Part shown: positions 35,433 through 50,000 of the stretch, piece after piece
Numbering within the stretch: position 1 is the stretch's first letter
How the letters are laid out: each line of letters starts with the position of its first letter
Assembly (NCBI GenBank): GCA_964016885.1
Contig: OZ024764.1
Span: 7,812,001 to 7,876,000 of the forward strand
Origin: Eledone cirrhosa
Lineage: Eukaryota
Length of the DNA: 64,000 nucleotides
Direction: 5' to 3'
Made by a program: the position numbers and the translations under genes
Notes under the pieces: generated by a model
Databases searched by the model: none
What the model was told of the DNA's origin: nothing
Seen by the model: the letters and a program-made list of their open reading frames with translations, nothing else

Positions 35433-37579
35433 AGGTGTATAGATAGATAGACTGACAGTTAGTTAGTGAGATAGATAGATAGAAAGATAGATAAATAGAC
35501 AGATAGATAGACAGACAGATAGATAGATAGTTCGATGTACAGATATCTTTATATTCTGGGAGGGTCATGTTGCTAATAAGAACACATGCACTTTTAATAT
35601 TCACTTCGTTTTTTTTAAATATTATTATCATTTGGTTTAATAAATAATTCAGTCTTCGAAAATAGATAAATAAATAGACATATATATATAGATAGACAAA
35701 TAAATAAATATGCATATGAAATTAAATAATATATATATACATATATATTTGCTGCTGAGGTGTTTTAAAATATTGCGCCAACGTACCGAATGACGTCACC
35801 ATACTCCCCCTCCTCCCTCTTTCACTTTCTCTATTCTGTGTTGGTATTATCTCTGCCTACTCCTCCTTTCCCCCCTCTTTTTCATTTAGTTTTTCTCCTT
35901 TTCTGTTCTTCTCTCTATATAATGTGTCTATCACTTTCTCTCTCTACATCATTTACTCTCTTCCTTCGTTTCTCTCCCTCTCTTTCTTTATATTTCTATC
36001 TTTCTTGCCTTCTCTCAATCCCCCTCTTTTTAAATGATTACCTTTTCTTTCTGCCTCACACTTTCACTCTGTTTACATGAGTACCTTTCTTGTTTTCTCT
36101 CACTTTTTCCCTCTCTCTATATTAATACCTCTTCACCTACTCAACACTCCCCTTTCTCTTAATAACCACTCTGTATGTCTGTCTGCCTGTGTCCCCGTTC
36201 ATTTCACTGATGTGCAATGGCTGACGACCGACTGCGTCTTACAAACTCCCAACAAGCATTTTTCTCTTCTCCTTAACCTTGCTTAATCTGTAAATATGTA
36301 AGAACGATGTTCACTTCTATCATTCTACATTTATATATATATATATAAATGTGCCTGTGTACATACACATATATGTATATATGTTTCACCAATATTTAAT
36401 AAATGAATATTAACAAATGCTCCTTAATGTTTTTTTTTATTCGCCTATATATATATATATATATATCCTTATTATTTATATATATTATTATTTATTATAT
36501 CCTTATTATTTATATATATATACTTTTTAAATACCGCATCATTTCCGTCCCCCTCTCTATATTATACATACACCTCTCCCTTCTCTCCTATATACACAAA
36601 TACTCCCCTTCATTTCTCATATACATATACATCAAGCGTTTCTCTAGTTTTCTCTATTCTATATACATTTCTTTTTCCCTCCCCTTCTTTCTCTCTGTAC
36701 TAACATGTCTTCTGCCCCTCTCTGTATATTACATATAAATCTCTTTCTCCTTCCCCTTCTTTCTATACTAACATGTCTTTACTCTCACCCTCTCTCTAAT
36801 ACCTATACATTTCTTTCTCCCCTCCCTTTCGTTACTCTCTACACTAACATGTCTTTACTCTCCCCCTCTCTCTAAATCATCACTCTGCATGTCTGTCTGC
36901 CTGTATACGCCTGTCTTGTCGTTCCATTACTCTGAATGTAGCGGAAAAACTCAGCAGACAGAAACAGAGTGAACGGGTCGGACATTTTTTTTTACAAAAA
37001 ACAAACTATATATTTTCTTAACCTTGCTCAATCAATCAACATATTATAAACATGTAAACTTCAATCATTTATTTTGACCAATACTGGTCATTTTACACAA
37101 TTTCTCTCACCCTAAAAAAAAAAAACATTCACAGTACGACACACGGGGGTCCGTAACGGAACCACCCGAGTGTCCACCATTCAATCTTTCTTGGCCCCCG
37201 CCAAGCTAAAAGAAACCTTGGTGGTTTTCGTAAAGAAATTTGGTAAGTAATAAATTAGATATTTTTTTAATTAAAATCGACATATATCTCATCAATCGCC
37301 ATCTTTTATATATACATAAACTAAAAAAGAAATATAAAAGTACAACATATATATATATATCAACATTAAACAGCGGGAACGTGATCCGTAGCTGGCCTCT
37401 GGCCATGCTAGACATAGCAGCAATATGGCAGCGAAATCTTAAAAATCTGTGTGTGTTTTTTTAGTATTTCTGTATATAACAGTGTCTGAAATAAATACGG
37501 GAGGCAATGGGATGTGATTGTCATGGCTGGGATGAATGTCTGTCTTTGTGGACGAAGTAGTATATATATATATATGTGT

Positions 37580-38445
37580 GTGTGAGCTGTAATAAAATAA
37601 GACTGGGGTCTCTATCATTAAAACGCCCCAAAAAACCTATGATATACAATCTTGTAGATGGCCATAAACCTACATAGGTGTGAGCGGTAACATGATAGGA
37701 CTGAGGTCCCGATCTTTAAAACGCCCAAGAAAGCTCAAATGATATACAATCTTGTAGATGGCCAGCTAAACCTACATCGGTGTGAGCTGTAACAACATGA
37801 TCGGACTGAGGTCCCGATCTTTAAAACGCCCAAGAAAGCTCAAATTATATACAATCTTGTAGATGGCCAGCTAAACCTACATAGGTGTGAGCTGTAACAA
37901 CATGATCGGACTGAGGTCCCGATCTTTAAAACGCCCAAGAAAGCTCAAATTATATACAATCTTGTAGATGGCCAGCTAAACCTACATAGGTGTGAGCTGT
38001 AACAACATGATCGGACTGAGGTCCCGATCTTTAAAATGCCCAAGAAAGCTCAAATTATATACAATCTTCTAGATGGCCAGCTAAACCTACATAGGTGTGA
38101 GCTGTTATATGATAGATCTTGGGTCTTTGTCATTAAAACAGCCAAGAAACTTATAAGATACAACTTGATAGAAGGCCAAATAAACCTACATAGGTGTGAG
38201 CTGTAATATGATAGGACTGGGGTCCTTATCACTAAAATACGCAAGAAACCTCTTATGAGTTACAATAACATGATAGGACTGGGGTCCCTGTCATTAAAAC
38301 AGCTAAGAAACCGCTTATGAGTCACAATAAGATAATAGGACTGGGGTCCCTGTCATTAAAACAGCTAAGAAACCTCTTATGAGTCACAATGACATGATAG
38401 GACTGGGGTCCCTGTCATTAAAGCAGCTAAGAAACCTCATAAAAA
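37580..38445. repeat. Compound minisatellite: ~105-bp units grading into ~62-bp sub-units
   Basis: Shared GATAGGACTG(A/G)GGTCCC core; ~6 long and ~4 short units. Confidence 0.8.
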
Positions 38446-38535
38446 GCCAGATTGACGTATATAAATATGAACTAATAACATGTCTAGGGGTCTCTGTCAT
38501 CAAAACACCCTAGAAACCTGAGATACATTTTAGAA

Positions 38536-38885
38536 GACCCAATACGAAACAGCCCCTTGATGAGGTTTTGGCCATTAACTGACAACTATTTCTATTTGTT
38601 TTGGTGATTCAAACAGCAACTATTTAAGTATTTTGACATATTCCTGGTCTTAATTTTAATTACGCCGCTTTTCTCAACTTTTACCCAACCCGCTTTTTTT
38701 TAAAATAATATGACCCAATACGAAACAGCCCCTTGATGAGGTTTTGGCCCTTAACTGACAACTATTTCTATTTATTTTGGTGATTCAAACGAACTATTTA
38801 GGTATTTTTGAAATATTCCTGGTCTTAATTTTAATTACGCCGCTTTTCTCAACTTTTACCCAGCCCGCTTTTTTTAAAAATAATT
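38536..38885. repeat. Direct tandem duplication, ~176 bp x2
   Basis: GACCCAATACGAAACAGCCCCTTGATGAGG at 38536 and 38712. Confidence 0.85.
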
Positions 38886-38918
38886 GTTGTGCTACTTTAA
38901 ATCACATTGACGTTTAGG

Positions 38919-38971
<53 letters not shown>

Positions 38972-39168
38972 ATATATAATATAAACACAAGTGTAAGTCA
39001 ACATATGCACATATATATATATATATGTATATATACACACACACAATCACACATAACGTGTGTGTGTCTATATATGTATAAGTAAGGGTTTATAAGTTGA
39101 TGTCTGTTAATGTTAAACTTTTTATATATGATAATTATATACTCATACAACATCTACATAGTGTCATG

Positions 39169-39199
<31 letters not shown>

Positions 39200-39389
39200 T
39201 TAGATATGTATGCGTGTATATATATATATATGTGTATGTGTGTGTATATATGTATGTTTGTGTATATATATATATGTGTGTGTATATATATACATGCGTG
39301 TGTGTGTATATATATATATATATAAGCAAGACAGTCATATATATATATATGTGTATGTGTGTGTATATATGTATGTTTGTATATATATA

Positions 39390-39425
<36 letters not shown>

Positions 39426-39601
39426 AGCAAGACAGTCATATATATATATATGTGTATGTGTTTGTATATATATATATGTGTGTGTATATATATATACATA
39501 TGTGTGTGTGTATATATATATATATATATAAGCAAGACAGTCATATATATATATATATGTGTATGTGTGTGTATATATGTATGTTTGTATATATATATAT
39601 A

Positions 39602-39633
<32 letters not shown>

Positions 39634-39903
39634 AGCAAGACAGTCATATATATATATATATGTGTATGTGTTTGTATATATATATGTGTGTGTGTGTGTA
39701 TATATACATTGTGTGTGTATATATATAAGCAAGACAGTCATATATATATATGTGTATGTGTGTGTATATATGTATGTTTGTATATATATATATGTGTGTG
39801 TGTATATATATATATATATATAAGCAAGACAGTCATATATATATATATGTGTATGTGTTTGTATATATATATGTGTGTGTATATATATATATATATATGT
39901 GTG

Positions 39904-39938
<35 letters not shown>

Positions 39939-40036
39939 GCGTGTGTGTGTGTATATATATACATAAGCAAGACAGTCATCCCTCGACGGGACAACTCGTT
40001 TAACCCATGCTAGCGTGGAAAGATGGACGCTAAACG

Positions 40037-40098
<62 letters not shown>

Positions 40099-40588
40099 CA
40101 GCAGATGATTTCCTTTGAATGAAACAATTCTAGTCCTGTAGGAGCCATTTCTATATTAGATTTTATGTTTACACTCTACTAACGTATTGAGTACTTTACT
40201 AACTGGTTACCCCCGATTGAGGACTAGAAATATTTCATTCAAAGGAAATCATCTGTTATTTTGCTCTAGGGTTCTTATATATTTGATATATATTTATCCT
40301 GATCGAGCCCTCTTCGGATTTTAGTCTTCACATTTATTATTATTACTATATATATTTATATATATAGTATTAAGGATACTATTTATGGTTATGTATGTAA
40401 TAAAACCTTTTATGGTTATATATTTTTTATACAAACCCTAAATAGTGAAAGATAGTCATTAATTACTATCTTATTACCAGTAAGATAAATAGCTCAATGT
40501 AATAACTTCGGTTGTTTTACAGAGCATATATATATATTAGTAAAAAGGAAAAAAAAATGCTGACAAATTTTTCCCAGTGAAAAATAGG

Positions 40589-40639
<51 letters not shown>

Positions 40640-40744
40640 TTAGCGTCCATCTTTCCACGTTAGCATGGGTTAGACGGGTTGTCCCGTTGAGAGATGACTG
40701 TGTCTTGCTTATATATATATATATGTGTATATACATCAATTCAT

Positions 40745-40812
40745 ATATTTTATCTGATGAGGACGTACTGAAAAAACAGCACAGTACCTCCGAAATATAT
40801 ATTTATTAAAAT
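40745..40812 (+). ncRNA. Hammerhead-ribozyme-like motif, stem I degenerate
   Basis: CTGATGA-G-GACGTACTG...CAGTACCTC-C-GAAA-TATAT; homologue at 53189. Confidence 0.4.
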
Positions 40813-41088
40813 AACAGATTAAAGTTTAAGCAATATATATATGGAGGCGAAGGCTCCATTTAAAACAAGATTCGCTTTATATATATATATATATATATAT
40901 TATGATTTCTAAAGAATGAAACATTCTAGTCCTGTAGAATCTCATCTGTATATATATATATATTATGAAATACTGTTGGTTTCATGCTCACAGTATTTTC
41001 TATACTTTCATTTATATATATATATATATATATATATGATGATGATGATATATGAATATATATATATATATATGATGATGATGATATA

Positions 41089-41123
<35 letters not shown>

Positions 41124-41281
41124 ATGATATATGAATATATATATATACAGCCAAACACACATCAACACACATATATATATGAAACAGTTCTAGTCCTGAA
41201 GGAGCCATTTCTATATTAAATATTTATACTCTGCTATGTATTGAGTACCTTACTTACTGTGGTAACCCCCGATTGAACCCG

Positions 41282-41321
<40 letters not shown>

Positions 41322-41634
41322 CGAATGAAATGTGGTAAGGAACCAGGTGGACCATAACGCACCAAAGTACTCAATACTTAGGGTAGTAGAGTGGGTAATA
41401 TGAACCAGTAAGACCCCGACGGCGGAGCTCAAGCCGTTTCGACTGTTTTTAGTCCAGAATTAGCCGTCGAAACGGCTTGAGCTCAGCCGTCGGGGTCTTA
41501 CTGGTTCCTATTACCCACTCTACTACCCTATATATATATATATGTATGTGTGTGTTTGTGTATATTTATGTTGATGTGTGTGCATATATGTATAGATGTA
41601 CGTGTGTTGATATTTATGTGTATACATATATTTA

Positions 41635-41676
<42 letters not shown>

Positions 41677-41712
41677 CGTGTATTGATGTATGTGTGTGTA
41701 TATATTTATTTA

Positions 41713-41743
<31 letters not shown>

Positions 41744-41852
41744 TAATATTTTGAATAATATTATTAACTCCAGAAAACATCCTTTTGAGTGCTTTTAATC
41801 TATTGTAAAACTATATTCATTGAATAATTAATGAACCTTATTTAACATTTGG

Positions 41853-41916
<64 letters not shown>

Positions 41917-41979
41917 CTATACACACACATACATCAATATATACACACACACATCATATATTTATGTTTATATATATAT

Positions 41980-42240
41980 ATCCGTATCTTATGGCGCGAT
42001 TTCCCCTCCCAGCTCTCAAACTGACATTCAAACTCTGCGCACCACGTGTGAGTGTTTCCCGGGTTTTTTTTTTAGCTTAACAACCGCCATCAGTGCCCCC
42101 TCCCTCTCTCTCTCTAAATCTTCGTTGTATTACCTGCGACCTACCTGCGGTAATCTCCGTTGCTAAAGACGATGGTTTTCCTTTCACATTTTACAATCGT
42201 AACTCTTAATCTGCAGCTTCGATATTGTATTTCTGTAAAT
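41980..42240 (+). promoter_or_regulatory. Candidate promoter / non-coding first exon of the JADE gene
   Basis: CpG-rich unique island upstream of the first coding exon, YY1-like ATGGCG and CCGCCAT, X-box-like GTTGCTAAAGAC (42159-42170), possible donor G|GTAATC at 42149/42150. Confidence 0.35.
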
Positions 42241-42272
42241 TCGGCAAAATATTCATTATTTATAAAGTTAAA

Positions 42273-42465
42273 GACGGTGGATCGGCAGTATCGGTAGTGA
42301 GTTAGACGTCGTGCTTTACAGCATAGAGTTATGGCCCTTTACGTCCCGAGTTCAAATCCCGCCGAGGTTGACTTTGCCTTTCGTCCTCACGAGGTCGATA
42401 AAATAAAGTACCAGTAATGTACTGAGATAATTGCCGGCCTTGTGCCAAAAGTAACAACAATTATT
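42273..42465 (+). mobile_element. SINE family B copy
   Basis: Homologous to 7803-7995. Confidence 0.8.
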
Positions 42466-42505
42466 AATAAAGTTATGGTGGAAGAAAGTCGGATCGTGTG
42501 TGTTT

Positions 42506-42557
<52 letters not shown>

Positions 42558-42579
42558 TAATAATTGTTTCTACTTTAGG

Positions 42580-42617
<38 letters not shown>

Positions 42618-43279
42618 TAATAATAAAAAGACGAAGTGTTCAGTCTTCATTACGTTTATTGAAGTGTGACGCGTGTTTCGCAATTTATCAGCTCAATGTT
42701 CCATCTGGCCCGACTCTGGAATCGAAAGCTTGTCGGACCTCTGTTGTAGTAACTACCCAACGAGCGTTCACCCTGTTGGACCTGCAGTAACTGGACGTTA
42801 CAGTCCCTAAATATATATTATACACAACGAAATCTCTAAAAAAAAAAGCCTTAAATTAAATTGTTTCAAGTATTATAAGTAGAGAACCGGACGCCGTGTT
42901 TTCCAACATGGAGTTAAGTCTCTTTACGATCTGAGTACAAATCCCGCCGAGGTTTACTTTGCCTTTCACCCTTACGGGGTCAATAATATAAAATACCAGT
43001 AATGCACTGGGATAATTGCTGGCAAAAGTAACATTTGGATGTTTACATGGGAAAGCCATGTATTCTAATAAATATTGCCTGTATAGGTAATCAAAGTGTG
43101 TATACATTTTTGTGGGGGCACCCTATATATATAATATATAGAAGAGTCAGGTCCTCAACGGCTGAGATCCAGCCATGTCAACAGCAAGATCCGATCTATT
43201 ACCCACTCTACTACCCTAAGTATTGAGTACTCTGGTGCATTATGGTTCACCTGGTATCTTACCACACCCTCTTTGTTAT

Positions 43280-43958
43280 ATGATCAGATTAGCATGGGAG
43301 GGGGGAGTTCCGAGGCCATAATATCTAGAATAAGGACGGGGGACGGGTTGGAAGAAGTTTAGGGAGCTGCTTCCTCTGTTGACAAAGAAGGGTTTCTCCC
43401 TGCGTATGAAAGGCCGGTTATATGATGCCTGTGTGAGGTGCGCAATGCTGCATGGTAGTGAGACATGGTCAGCAACTGCAGAAGATATGCGACGGCTGGA
43501 GAGAAATAAAGCAAGCGTGCTCCGATGCATGTGCAATGTCAATGTACGTAAATGACCAAGCATAGATGTGTTGAGAGAGAAACTGTATATAAGAGGGATA
43601 AGTTGTAGTGTGCGGGAGAGAAGACTGAGATGGTATGGACATGTGATGTGTTGAGAGAGAAACTGTTTAAGAGGGATAAACTGTAGTGTGCGGGAGAGAA
43701 GACTGAGAAGGTATGGACATGTGATGTGCATGGAGGATGACTGCTGGCTAAAGAAGAGCCAAGAAATGCGAGTAGAAGGAAGACTCGGTAGAGGAAGACC
43801 ACGAAAAACATGGGCGGAGGTTGTGAGAGCAGACCTCAGATCGCTGAAGCTCACGGAGGAGATGACGAAGGACTGATGACGAGTGGAGATATGCTGTGCT
43901 GAATAGGACCCGTCCCACCCTTGCAAGCAGGGAAAGCGGACGTAAAATGATGATGATA
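43280..43958 (+). mobile_element. RTE-like LINE (family 1) 3' fragment with two copies of the 80-bp unit
   Basis: Homologous to 21820-22415; duplicated segment 43566-43728. Confidence 0.85.
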
Positions 43959-43962
43959 TATA

Positions 43963-44136
43963 CAGTGAAATTCCGTTAATGAAATTCATGGGGTCTAAAA
44001 ATAATTCGTTTTAATGAAAAATTCTTTATAACCAGATTGTGCTAACACATTGAATGTATGGCCGGGGATAGAAAAAAAGGTTCGCTATACTGAAAGATTT
44101 GTCATAATGGTATTCGTTATAATGGAATTTTACCTG
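43963..44136. mobile_element. Tc1/mariner-pogo (Tigger-like) MITE
   Basis: TA-flanked imperfect TIRs CAGTGAAATTCCGTTA and TAATGGAATTTTACCTG. Confidence 0.65.
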
Positions 44137-44486
44137 TATATATATCATCATCATCGTTTAACATCCATCTTCCACGCTAGCATGGGTGAGACTGTTTTGT
44201 TCCATCTTTTATGTATATATATATATTTATATATATATATAATCATGTTTAATATAGAAATGACTTCTACAAGACTAGAACTGTATTCTTGGGTTCAATT
44301 GGCGCTAACCCCAGTTAGTAAGTACTCAATATATTAGTAGAGTGTAAGCATCAAATTTAATAGAGAAATGGCTTTTACATGACTAAAACTGTATAATTCA
44401 ACAGAAGTCATCTGTTCGATTCCTGGGCCTGGCGATGTGATATGTCCTTGAGCAAGACACTTTATTTCACGTTGCTCCTGCCAGGA

Positions 44487-44880
44487 GGTGCTTTTTGTCA
44501 TGACACCTACGTGACCACTTTACAGTGTTGACTGGTTGCTTTTTGTTGTGACACACACCTACATGACCTCTTTACAGTGTGACCTGGGTGCTTTTTTTCA
44601 TGACACCTACAAGGCCACTTTACAGTGTGGGCTGGGTGCTTTTTGTTGTGATACCTACATGACCACTTTACAGTGTGGGCTGGGTACTTTTTGTTGTGAT
44701 ACCTACATGACCACTTTACAGTGTGGGCTGGGTGCTTTTTGTTGTGATACTTACATGACCACTTTACAGTGTGGGCTGGGTGGGGTGCTTTTGTCATGAT
44801 ACCTACACGACCTCTTTACAGTGTGGACTGGTTGCTTTTTGTCATGAAACCAACATGACCTCTTTACAGGGTGGACTGAA
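44487..44880. repeat. 48-bp SINE-derived minisatellite, ~8 divergent copies
   Basis: Same unit as 18712-19470, adjacent to a SINE A fragment (44440-44480). Confidence 0.8.
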
Positions 44881-45050
44881 TGTATGCTTGAGCCTGTCAT
44901 CATGAGAGATGTAGGGGAGGGTCGGGTTGGGTGCTGCATACTATATATATATATGAATGCTTCAGCCTGTGCCCATGGGAAGGTGGGTCTTTGTAAATTC
45001 ATTGACTGGATTGCAGCGAAGCTAGACAAAATTTAATTGGCTAGTTAGAA

Positions 45051-45428
45051 TTAACCCTTTAGCATTTACATTACTCTATAAATACTATTGTATTGTCACA
45101 GTAAAGGCTTTACCTCACATAATATCTCACATAACATTTACATTACTCTATATATACTACTGTAGTTTCACAGTAAAGGCTTTACCTCACATAATATCTC
45201 ACATAACATTTACATTACTCTATATATACTATTGTATTTTCACAGTAAAGGCTTTACCTCACATAATATCTCACATAACATTTACATTACTCTATATATA
45301 CTATTGTATTTTCACAGTAAAGGTTTTATCTCACATAATATCGAATCTATGAGATTTTGATGTTTTATTTATTTTGAGAACAATACCTTAACAACAGTAT
45401 GAGTGGCCGGTTTAAATGCTAGAGTTAA
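45051..45428. mobile_element. piggyBac-like MITE with ~4 copies of the 72-bp unit
   Basis: TTAACCCTTTAGCATTTA and TTTAAATGCTAGAGTTAA ends. Confidence 0.72.
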
Positions 45429-45483
45429 TTTATTAATTAAAGTATGTTTTGTCTTTGTCTTCAGGTTTTCAAATCATTACAAA

Positions 45484-45529
45484 ATGTCCATTCGGAGCAA
45501 GAGAACATACTGGAGAGAGCAGAGTCCAG
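45484..45529 (+). CDS. JADE: JADE coding exon 1 ([15 protein letters not shown]); exon starts 45465
   Basis: TCTTCAG acceptor, AAAATG context, CAG|GTGAAT donor, phase fits. Confidence 0.62.
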
Positions 45530-47014
45530 GTGAATAATCCTTATTTTTATTGTTTCACACTGCCACCCCTCAAGCATGGGAATGGGGTTTAGGGAGTTCA
45601 TTCAGTAACTGAGGTCTCAGGGTCTACTCCCTACACTTGGTTGGAGAAATGAAATGAAATTTACTCTATATACTAGACCAGTCTTCTCAAACTATCTGAT
45701 GTGGCGGACCGGCATTTTTTCTTTCAATGTGCCACGTACTGCTAATATTTCGTAGTAATATTAATTTATACCGGAAACGATATATATAATGAATATAATA
45801 ATAGTTGATCATTTTTTTTATCTTCTATTTATTTTGTAAACAAATAATACAATATCAAAACATAAAAAAAAAGTAATAAAAATTTCCTCAAATGATTCCT
45901 TAGCATGGCCTGGACACTGTCTTGACAGCTAACAACTGATGCAGGGAGTTTGATCCATGGAGGTTTTAAAGGATGCAGTGTCTCGACAGCTAACAACTGA
46001 TGCAGGTAGTTTGTTCCATGGAGGTTTTAAAGGATGCAGTGTCTCGACAGCTAACAACTGATGCAGCGAGTTTGTTCCATGGAGGTTTTAAAGGATGCAG
46101 TGTCTCGACAGCTAACAACTGATGCAGGTAGTTTGTTCCATGGAGGCCTTAAAGGATGCAGTGTCTCGACAGCTAACAACTGATGCAGGTAGTTTGTTCC
46201 ATGGAGGTTTTAAAGGATGCAGTGTCTCTACAGCTAACAACTGATGCAGGTAGTTTGTTCCATGGCGGTTTTGAAGGATGCAGTGTCTCGACAGCTAACA
46301 ACTGATGCAGGTAGTTTGTTCCATGGAGGTTTTAAAGGATGCAGTGTCTCGACAGCTAACAACTGATGCAGGTAGTTTGTTCCATGGAGGTTTTAAAGGA
46401 TGCAGTGTCTCGACAGCTAACACCTGATGCAGGTAGTTTGTTCCATTGAGGTTTTAAAGGATGCAGTGTCTTGACAACTAACAACTGATGCAGCGAGTTT
46501 GTTCCATGGCGGTTTTAAAGGATGCAGTGTCTCGACAGCTAACAACTGATGCAGGTAGTTTGTTCCATGGAGGTTTTAAAGGATGCAGTGTCTTGGCAGC
46601 TAACAACTGATGCAGGTAGTTTGTTCCATGCTTCAGCACCTCTGAGCATGATAAAATGCTTCTGAAAGTCGTGGGAGCTGTGCTTTTTTCTGACTTTGTA
46701 GGCATGCCCACGGGTGTTAGACACATGGAATTTAAAAAGGATAATTTTGTGGGTGTTTGCCAGACGTCGGAGCTTCAATGTATCCATGCCCAGAGAAGCA
46801 AGGTGTTCAGAGTATGGTAGATGCCTGATGGAGGGTTTTCGCATGGTTGCACGTCTCTGAACAGTTTCTAGGAGGTCAATATTCTGAGGAAGATAGGGGT
46901 TCCAGACTCTATTGGTTTGCTTAATAATTATTTTCTTCATGTTCCAGAGAATGAATGTTTCCGTGACAAACGGTCGCGCCTCAGTAGTGATGAAGAGGAA
47001 GAGCGGAGAAGTAA

Positions 47015-47046
<32 letters not shown>

Positions 47047-50000
47047 CGTTATTGTTCTTTAACCCTTCTGATACCAAACTGCCTGAAACTGCCCCCGACT
47101 ATGATACAAAACCTTCCATTATAATTTTATGTAAGAACCTTTGTTAAGTTATGTTCCAAACACTAACATTGTCTTACATTAGAAATATGGTAATGAAAGG
47201 GTTAAAGTGTTTATATTTATTTAAAAACCTTCCATCATAATTTTATGTAAGAACCTTTGTTAAGTTATGTTCCAAACACCAACAGTGTCTTTCATTAGAA
47301 ATATGGTAATGAAAGGGTTAAAGTGTTTATATTTATCTAAAAACCTTCCATTATAATATTATGTAAGAACCTTTGTTAAGTTATGTTCCAAACACCAACA
47401 GTGTCTTCCATTAGAAATATGGTAATGAAAGGGTTAAAGTGTTTATATTTATCTAAAAACCTTCCATTATAATATTATGTAAGAACCTTTGTTAAGTTAT
47501 GTTCCAAACACCAACAGTGTCTTCCATTAGAAATATGGTAATGAAAGGGTTAAAGTGTTTATATTTATCTAAAAACCTTCCATTATAATATTATGTAAGA
47601 ACCTTTGTTAAGTTATGTTCCAAACACCAACAGTGTCTTTCATTAGAAATATGGTAATGAAAGGGTTAAAGTGTTTATATTTATCTAAAAACCTTCCATC
47701 ATAATTTTATGTAAGAACCTTTAAGTCATGTTTAACCTTCTTCGCCCACTTATTCCTGAGAGGGTCGTGGGGCAGAGCCCTCAGACACTCCTTCCAGCAG
47801 GTCCTGTCAGAAGCAACCGTCTTCAACTGATCCGACTGGATCCCCAAGCGAGACCAGCCAAGCTCATGGATGTTATCTAACCATCTTGCTTGGGGTCTAC
47901 CCCTGGGTCTCATACCAGTTGGTTTGCTTATAAATTCTGTCCAGTGATTCTTACCTGAGACATTCTAACCACATGTCTGTAGTATCAGAGCTGTAATCTC
48001 TCAATTCAGAGATTCTTTCCTGAGACATTCTAACCACATGTCTGTAGTATCAGAGCTGTGATCTCTCAATTCAGAGATTCTTACCTCAGACATTCTAACC
48101 ACATGTCTGTAGTATCAGAGCTGTGGTCTCTCAATCCAGTGATTCTTTCCTGTGACATTCTAACCACATGTCTGTAGTATCAGAGCTGTGATCTCTCAAT
48201 TCAGAGATTCTTTCCTGAGACATTCTAACCACATGTCTGTAGTATCAGAGCTGTGATCTCTCAATTCAGAGATTCTTTCCTGAGACATTCTAACCACATG
48301 TCTGTAGTATCAGAGCTGTGATCTCTCAATCCAGTGATTCTTTCCTGAGACATTCTAACCACATGTCTGTAGTATCAGAGCTGTGATCTCTCAATTCATA
48401 GATTCTTTCCTGAGACATTCTAACCACATGTCTGCAGTATCAGAGCTGTGATCTCTCAATTCATAGATTCTTTCCTGAGACATTCTAACCACATGTCTGT
48501 AGTATCAGAGCTGTGATCTCTCAATTCATAGATTCTTTCCTGAGACATTCTAACCACATGTCTGTAGTATCAGAGCTGTGATCTCTCAATTCAGAGATTC
48601 TTTCCTGAGACATTCTAACCACATGTCTGTAGTATCAGAGCTGTGATCTCTCAATTCAGAGATTCTTTCCTGAGATATTCTAACCACATGTCTGTAGTAT
48701 CAGAGCTGTGATCTCTCAATTCAGAGATTCTCTCCTGAGACATTCTAACCACATGTCTGTAGTATCGGAGCTGTGGTCTCTCAATCAAGAAATTCTTTCC
48801 TGAGACATTCTAACCACATGTCTGTAATATCAGAGCTGTGATCTCTCAATTCAGAGATTCTTTCCTGAGACATTCTAACCACATGTCTGTAGTATCAGAG
48901 CTGTGGTCTCTCAATTCAGAGATTCTTTCCTGAGACATTCTAACCACATGTCTGTAGTATCAGAGCTGTGGTCTCTCAATTCAGAGATTCTTTCCTGAGA
49001 CATTCTAACCACATGTCTGTAGTATCAGAGCTGTGGTCTCTCAATCCAGAGATTCTTTCCTGAGACATTCTAACCACATGTCTGTAGTATCAGAGCTGTG
49101 ATCTCTCAATCCAGAGATTCTTTCCTGAGACATTCTAACCACATGTCTGTAGTATCAGAGCTGTGATCTCTCAGTTCAGGGATTCTTTCCTGTGACATTC
49201 TAACCACATGTCTGTAGTATCAGAGCTGTGGTCTCTCAATCAAGAAATTCTTTCCTGAGACATTCTAACCACATGTCTGTAGTATCAGAGCTGTGGGCTC
49301 TCAATTCAGAGATTCTTTCCTGAGACATTCTAACCACATGTCTGTAGTATCAGAGCTGTGGTCTCTCAATTCAGAGATTCTTTCCTCAGACATTCTAACC
49401 ACATGTCTGTAGTATCAGAGCAGTGATCTCTCAATTCAGAGATTCTTTCCTCAGACATTCTAACCACATGTCTGTAATATCAGAGCTGTGATCTCTCAAT
49501 TCAGAGATTCTTTCCTGAGACATTCTAACCACATGTCTGTAGTATCAGAGCTGTGGTCTCTCAATTCAGAGATTCTTTCCTGAGACATTCTAACCACATG
49601 TCTGTAGTATCAGAGCTGTGGTCTCTCAATCCAGAGATTCTTTCCTGAGACATTCTAACCACATGTCTGTAGTATCAGAGCTATGATCTCTCAATTCAGA
49701 GAAGTAGCGATTCTACCTGGAGTGACTCTCTGATCTCCGAGTTACACACTTTATCAAGTAACGTTACTCCAAAGACCCTTTGGAGGAACCCCATTTCCGC
49801 CACTTGTACCCACGACCCTATTCTCTAACCCTTTAATATAAATAAAATATGCTGACACTGACTGTTTCTTCCCCTTCTAAATATTTCCTTCCAATTTATT
49901 CAGGTAGTAAGCTGAGTCCCAACGGATTCCGAAGCCCCTCTTTTGGATCACAACATAACAAACCAGCTGAGGTAAGGATATGTCTGTCTCCTCACTCTCC

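Noticed and set aside
35750-37450. Possible Helitron-like element or promoter (two related CT-rich blocks, small hairpin near 37145)
   Set aside because: No diagnostic termini or coding remnant could be identified by eye.
47945-49702. CRISPR-like appearance of the tandem arrays
   Set aside because: Units are contiguous with no unique spacers, no cas genes, eukaryotic context.
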